64,000 nt of DNA from NCBI RefSeq assembly GCF_009914755.1, contig NC_060944.1; one strand, 5' to 3'. This stretch comes from the human T2T-CHM13v2.0 reference genome, Homo sapiens. Both the position numbers and the translations under genes were made by a program. The notes beneath the pieces were generated by a model. It ran no database searches. It had not been told where the DNA came from and saw only the letters and a program-made list of their open reading frames with translations. This document shows positions 51,669 to 64,000 of the stretch, in pieces (the stretch's first letter is position 1; each line of letters opens with the position of its first letter).

Positions 51669-52247
51669 TGCTGAGGCTTGAGTAGGTAAACAAAGCGTCC
51701 AGGAAGCTCGAACTGGGTGAAGCCCACTGCAGCTCAAGGAGGCCTGCCTGCCTGCCTCTGTAGACTCCACCTCTGGGGGCAGGGCATTGCCAAACAAAAG
51801 GCAGCAGAATCCTCTGCAGACTTAAATGTCCCTGTCTGACAGCTTTGAAGAGAGTATTGGTTCTCCCAGCACGCAGCTGGAGATCTGAGAATGGACAGAC
51901 TGCCTCCTCAGGTGGGTCCCTGACCCCTGAGTAGCCTAACTGGGAGGCACCCCCCAGTAGGGGCAGACTGACACCTCACATGGACGGGTACTCCTCTGAG
52001 ACAAAACTTCCAGAGGAACGATCAGGCAGCAACATTTGCTGTTCACCAATATCCACTGTTCTGCAGCCTCCGCTGCTGATACCCAGTCAAACAGGGTTTG
52101 GAGTGGACCTCCAGCAAACTCCAACAGATCTGCAGCTGAAGGTCCTGACTGTTAGAAAGAAAACTAACAAACAGAAAGGACATCCACACCAAAACCCCAT
52201 CTGTATGTCACTATCATCAAAGACCAAAGGTACATAAAACCACAAAG

Positions 52248-53264
52248 ATGGGGAAAAAACAGAGCAGAAAAACTGGAAACTCTTAAAAATCAGAGTGCCT
52301 CTCCTCCTCCAAAGGAATGCAGCTCCTCACTAGCAACGGAACAAAGCTGGATGGAGAATGACTTTGACAAGTTGAGAGAAGAAGGCTTCAGACGATCAAA
52401 CTACTCTGAGCTAAAGGAGGAAGTTCGAACCCATGGCAAAGAAGTTAAAAACCTTGAAAAAAAATTAGACGAATGCCTAACTAGAATAACCAATGCAGAG
52501 AAGTCCTTAAAAGACCTGATGGAGCTGAAAACCATGGCACGAGAACTACGTGACGAATGCACAAGCCTCAGTAGCCGACTTGATCAACTGGAAGAAAGGG
52601 TATCAGTGATGGAAGATCAAATGAATGAAATGAAGCAAGAAGAGAAGTTAGAGAAAAAAGAATAAAAAGAAACAAACAAAGCCTCCAAGAAATATGGGAC
52701 TATGTGAAAAGACCAAATCTACGTCTGATTGGTGTATCTGAAAGTGATGGGGAGAATGGAACCAAGTTGGAAAACACTCTGCAGGATATTATCCAGGAGA
52801 ACTTCCCCAACCTAGCAAGGCAGGCCAACACTGAAATTCAGGAAATACAGAGAACGCCACAAAGATACTCCTCGAGAAGAGCAACTCCAAGACACATAAT
52901 TGTCAGATTCACCAAAGTTGAAATGAAGGAAAAAATGTTAAGGGCAGCCAGAGAGAAAGGTCGGGTTACCCACAAAGGGAAGCCCATCAGACTAACAGCT
53001 GATCTCTCGGCAGAAACTCTACAAGCCAGAAGAGAGTGGGGGCCAATATTCAACATTCTTAAAGAAAAGAATTTTCAACCCAGAATTTCATATCCAGCCA
53101 AACTAAGCTTCGTAAGTGAAGGAGAAATAAAATAATTTACAGACAAGCAAATGCTGAGAGATTTGGTCACCACCAGGCCTGCCCTAAAAGACCTCCTGAA
53201 GGAAGCACTAAACATGGAAAGGAACAACCGGTACCAGCCACCTCAAAAACATGCCAAATTGTAA
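52248..53264 (+). pseudogene. L1 ORF1p, disrupted
   Basis: MGKKQSRKTGNS..., MENDFDKLREEGFRRS..., KRPNLRLIG...REWGPIFNILKEKNFQPRISYPAKLSF split across frames. Confidence 0.92.
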
Positions 53265-53327
53265 AGACCATTGAGGCTAGGAAGAAACTGCATCAACTAA
53301 CGAGCAAAATAACCAGCTAACATCATA

Positions 53328-57133
<3,806 letters not shown>

Positions 57134-57329
57134 ACAATGAGAACACATGGACACAGGAAGGGGAACATCACACCCCGGGGCCTGTTGTGGGGTGAGGGGA
57201 GCGGGGAGGGATAGCATTTGGAGATATACCTAATGTTAAATGATGAGTTACTGGGTGCAGCACACCAACATGGAACATGTATACATACGTAACTAACCTG
57301 CACGTTGCGCACATGTACCCTAGAACTTA

Positions 57330-57821
<492 letters not shown>

Positions 57822-58899
57822 TTAATGCCTATGGGCCTCAAATTATAATACTATTAGTAATAGTTAACACTTACTAAACTCTTACTGTATACCAGAGGCA
57901 ATTCCAGACACCATGCAAGTTTTACCTCCCCAAAGCTCCATGAGTTCTACACCTTCCTCAAATTGACAATGCTAGAAAGTGCCTAGATTTGAAGTCTAGC
58001 TGTGGAGCGCCACACGCTTAGCCAGCTGGGCCAGTAATGATGTCAGCAATGGCCAATCCCTGTGGGGTCTGACAATTCTCAAAGTGTATCCACACATAGG
58101 GTTGAGGGGATGTAGATGAAACAAAATTGGCCATGAGTTAACAAATGTGGAATCTGGTGACAGGTCCGTGGCAGTTCACTGAATAGCTCTACTAGGTAGG
58201 TTTAAAATTTGTCCCTACGAAAAAATTAAAAATAAAATTAAACGCCTGATATCCAGAACTCACCATATGCCGGAAGTGATTTGGATTGTTAACTAGAAGC
58301 CGTCAGAGTTCCCCACCAGACCTAACCCTTCACAGCCCCAAACCAGATGTTTGGCCCTAACATGTGAGGGAAAAGCAGTCCAGGAAAGGAGTCAGCCAGA
58401 CGGGCCACCCAGATGACGACCAAACCCAGGAACTTTGCCACAAAGCACAGGGGGCACCTCCCACATGACACACCTTGAGACAACAGGTCCCAGAGAAAAA
58501 ACCTGCCCCCATTCAAAAGAGCTGCCTAGATGCCTGTCAGAGTGATACAGCCCACCACTATCAGAGGACGAAACCTCCCTCACCTCCCTAAAAACCCCAG
58601 GGACTCCTGACCCAAGACACTCGCCCAGGCCCTCTCAGGATATTTTGACCACGTCAAGCTCACCTCCACTTCCAACCCCCCAACCCCCAATAAACCAAGG
58701 TCCATCAAGCATCAAGGCCTGAGACGGCCTCCCCCTAACCACCCCGGTCACCACTCGGGACATATCCAGCCCCACCCAAAAAACAGAAAAACTCGGTGAT
58801 GCAGGACTCAAGACGCTCCCCAGCCAAAAACCACCCAGGGATGTGCGGACCTAGCCACGTCCCCACCCCAGCCGCGGGGATGTTGGTCCATTTGGCCCT

Positions 58900-59800
58900 G
58901 GCAGAACTCAACCCCACAGCCCAAATAAACCCCAGGACGCACGACTGGGGCCGCCCTCCGTATTCGAAAACTGGTTGACCCAGAATAATCCCGCCTGGTT
59001 CAAGACAGGCATTAGAGTTCTAGGTCACTCTCGTCCCCCCGGGGGGAAAAAAGGTCCGCGGAGGTCCGGGCAAGCAGGGGCTCACCCCATCGCCTCGCCC
59101 CAATGAGCACCGCGAGCTGCGCCCTCTCCTCCAAAAACCAAATATCTCCAACCCGCACTCCCCATCGGCCACACTCTACCCCGCGTCCTAACCTACGCTC
59201 GGCCTTTCCCGACCCTCCTTTCCCCACGAGAGAGGGCATCCTGGGGCCAAGGAGCCGCGGAGGCCGCGCTCACCAGAGCCAGCGTGCCCGGGATCTCGGC
59301 CACCGACCGACGCCAGAACTACAATTCCCAACATCCTCGCAGGCTTCGGCTCCCATTGGCCGCCACAGAGCCACTTCTGGGCCGTGCAACGGTTACTTTT
59401 CCAGGACAGTGACCACTGCAGTGACAGCCTCTCCGTCTCTTCTTAAAATACCCATGTTGAAAACAGGTTCTGGCTCCCGAGTGAAGTCTCTGTCCCCTTG
59501 GCCCATTCTGCAAAAAAAAGACTACACTCCCCACAAGCCTCTGCGGCAGCTTCCGCAGGCGCTTCCGGAAGCTGGGGTCAACGAGAGAAGTCATTTCCGA
59601 TTGGCGAATCTAGCGGGAGCAATGCGCTGTCTGTCAGGCGTGTGTTGGGTACAGAGTTTACTGCACCGGACCACCTGAATTCCCTGGGCTGAGGCTCCAT
59701 AGCACGCGAACTACCTTGCGTGAGCACTATGTAGATTCGACTTCGTGTTGCCTGTGACACACAGGCAGGGCAAAGCCGCCTCCCAGCGTCTCAGTTGAAC
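58900..59800 (-). promoter_or_regulatory. ZNF343: ZNF343 CpG-island promoter and first exon
   Basis: CpG-rich. ZNF143/THAP11-type ACTACAATTCCCA (59318-59330), a second ACTACACTCCCCA (59521-59533), palindromic ETS site GCTTCCGGAAGC (59561-59572), CCAAT boxes. Minus-strand donors CTG|GTGAGC (exon end 59274) and GGG|GTGAGC (59086). Confidence 0.8.
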
Positions 59801-59977
59801 CCTTACCCTCAACACCAGTGCACTCCTGTGGGTGGCCTGTAGTCACCTTTCTTGTCGAAGTCCTCAAAGTTAGGGACAGACTCTCATCCAGTTTCTGGAG
59901 GGTGGAAGCTTCACTCAGGCTGGAGTCTGGCTCTCTGGCCTCTTATCTAAGATCCCGGTTCAGATCTGGGCTACTAG

Positions 59978-60065
59978 AGCCGGGCGTGGTGGCGCGCGCC
60001 TGGGATTCCTGTAACCCCGAGGGAGGCTGAGGCTGAGGCTGGAGGATGGCTTGAGCCCAGGAGTT
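59978..60065 (+). mobile_element. 7SL-derived Alu-monomer (FAM/FLAM-like) fragment
   Basis: gccgggcgtggtggcgcgcgcctg...ggaggctgaggctggaggatggcttgagcccaggagtt; no 7SL S-domain follows. Confidence 0.65.
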
Positions 60066-60220
60066 AAATGTATATATTTTAAAACTAATAATATTTTTAA
60101 AACTGGGCTACGCTGGTACCTTCTGCAACACGGCAATTAGGGGTTTGCAGATCAGACCTTCAGCTCATAGGAGGCGCGTTTAAATCTTAATGGCAAATAC
60201 AAATTGAATTAAATTTTACT

Positions 60221-60853
60221 TGTTACTGAAGGGGAAATAAACCTGACCTCACGCCCTTGGAGTATTTCCATGAGAAATCTATGTATAAGTGCTCCTTTGA
60301 TATGTACCTGATACTTTTGAAAGGCTGAATAAGCACCTGCCAACTTTACAAAAGAGGAATGTTTCCCCCAAAGGCCTGATGAGCCATCTCTTTGAAATGT
60401 AAACAGTGAAGAAGATAGTGCCCTTATCTCCCTGTCACCTTGGGAGTTTAGCTTAGGTGCCTAGCTCCAAACTCGTAACTGCCCGCTTGTCACAGATAAA
60501 AGTTTTATTTTTTCTTTTTGATAAAGGCAATTAACTAGTGTAGATGGCTACTCCAATTACCAGGTGAATTTAGAATGAATTATGAAAAATTGTATAGCAA
60601 ACAATGTCAAATCCTCTTACAAGGGGGCAAATTACCATTAATTTTGAGGACATGTTTGTAATAGATTGTATCTGCCCAACTAGATAAAAAGTAAGATCTC
60701 TTTCTGTCTGGCATCTGATTAGCAGATTGTCTACAATGTGCTTCCCAGTCCAGTTCAATATTATTTGGTAATAAAACTGTTCTCCTTCTTTTCTACGTTT
60801 GTGAAGGGGATTTTCTGGGTTAGCAGGAGATTTTGTTTTTATTTTCTCCAACA
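60221..60853 (+). mobile_element. ERV1 solo LTR (MER67-like)
   Basis: tgtt...ccaattaccaggtgaatttag...aataaaactgttt...ctccaaca. Confidence 0.55.
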
Positions 60854-61069
60854 CCTCCTTCCATCTTCTTATTTCTTTTCACCTTCCCAATATCAGCCTT
60901 CTGAGGCTTCTCTGTTCTCCAGTACTCAGGAGATAGAGAACATGGCCCCAAGGCCATTGTGAGCCAGGAGACAGACAAACATTTCTTGATATTCTGTCCT
61001 GCCTTTCACAGAAAGGACCAATTCCCTTCTCTTGTCTTGGAGGCTGCCGTGTTAGTACTGGGCAGAATC

Positions 61070-61874
61070 TGTTACTGAAACACCAGGGGTTGGGTCTAGG
61101 TCCTGCTGGTTGCCAGTCAGAAAACCAATCACTGAGACGAGTATTGCAAGGGAAGAAGGCCTTAATTGAGTGCTGCAGCCAAGAAGATGGGAGATCAGTC
61201 TCACATCCATCTCCCTGACTGACCAAAATCAGGGGTTTGTATAGCAGGGAAGAAATGTAACTATGTGTGGGAAAACAGAAATTAGGGAGAGGTAAGTTGG
61301 AACAGGAAGGAGGTGATTGGTTAGGCAATATGACTGATGAGGAGTGTGGGTTCTCATTGTCCACATGCAATGATTTGGTAAGTTGCAGCTCCTTGATACT
61401 ATCTGGGAGGCCTGATGTTTGGTTTTCCTGAGAAAGGAACTCAGGACAAATGTGACCTTCTCAAGTTTTAAGACTGGGGGAATCCATTTCTTTTCTTTCC
61501 TTTTCCTTTCTTTTTTTTTTTTTGGACAGGGTCTTGCTCTGTCATTCAGGCTAGAGTGCGGTGGCATGATCACCGCTCATGTAGCCTCAACCTCCTGGGC
61601 TCAAGTGAGTCTTCCACCTCAGCCCCGAGTAGTTGGGACTACAGGCACATGCCACCACACCTGGCAATATTTTTTAATTTTTTGTAGAGATGGGGTTTCA
61701 CCATGTTGCCCAGGCTGATCTTAAACTCCTAGGCTCAGGTGATTCTCCCACCTCAGCTTCCCAAAGTGCTGGAATTACAGGCATGAGCCACCGCACCTGG
61801 CCTGGAAGGACCAATTTCTGTTTATTCAAAGAAACCATAAACATCAATTCTGTGGGACAATTGGGACAGTTTCA
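61070..61874 (-). mobile_element. ERV1 solo LTR (LTR26-like), Alu-interrupted
   Basis: tgttactgaaacaccagggg...ttgggacagtttca with 4-bp TSD aatc on both sides. Confidence 0.65.
61490..61802 (-). mobile_element. AluJ nested in an LTR
   Basis: Reverse diverged dimer. Confidence 0.8.
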
Positions 61875-62179
61875 AATCCAGCCCTTGATCTGGAGCCCTC
61901 CCTCAGCATCCCTCTGTGCTCCATGTGACTGTTATTCATCACGTGAATAAAATCTATGGAACAGTTGAATTAAAAATACAAGGACAGAGGTGACATCAAT
62001 GGGAAATCTCTGTCCCTTCTGTTTAATTTTGCTATGGACATAAAATTCATCTAAAAATGAAGTCTATTCATAAAAGAGAAAATTAGGAAAATTTTGCAAT
62101 GTTTTACTTGCCCCTCGCCCTGCTTTCCTCCCTGGCTCTTCAGCAGTCTCAAAGCCTACATTCACAGCATGGGATGCAA

Positions 62180-64000
<1,821 letters not shown>

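Noticed and set aside
59103-59678. 191-aa plus-strand ORF at the ZNF343 promoter
   Set aside because: Pro/Arg/Ser-rich, no recognisable domain, and expected by chance in a CpG island.
59978-60065. Functional 7SL (SRP RNA) gene
   Set aside because: Only the 5' Alu-domain part is present; no S domain or 3' end.

Overview
Human-type (primate) genomic DNA. I recognise it as the SNRPB-ZNF343 locus (chr20p13, identified from protein sequence and gene order, not from a database search). There are two complete genes, both on the minus strand. (1) SNRPB (SmB/B'): 7 coding exons (21060 to 12129), two alternative last-exon acceptors giving 231-aa SmB and 240-aa SmB', a 124-nt poison exon in intron 2, and the box C/D snoRNA SNORD119 in intron 5. 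(2) ZNF343: a KRAB-A plus 12 C2H2 finger protein of 599 aa (CDS 44288 to 33554), with 5'UTR exons near 59.3 kb and 51.1 kb. The rest is mostly repeat-derived: about 30 Alus including an AluYa5, a full-length inactivated L1PA4-like element, old L1M, L2 and MIR fragments, several solo LTRs, MER DNA transposons and a Y1 RNA retrocopy. Nearly all short ORFs in the supplied track are repeat-derived or antisense shadows. The most interesting observations are: (a) the intronic L1 keeps an intact antisense ORF0 and splice donors and points its antisense promoter at a ZNF343 exon acceptor about 85 bp away, predicting an L1-driven ZNF343 isoform carrying a 104-aa ORF0-fusion uORF; (b) the ZNF343 terminal exon is colinear with the PRDM9 terminal exon; (c) a fossil zinc-finger array continues through the ZNF343 3'UTR and is interrupted by an ancient LTR16; (d) several templated hairpin or duplication scars and a re-used L1-endonuclease target site. 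I found no evidence of a wholly new class of system. The candidates above are hypotheses that need transcript and comparative data.
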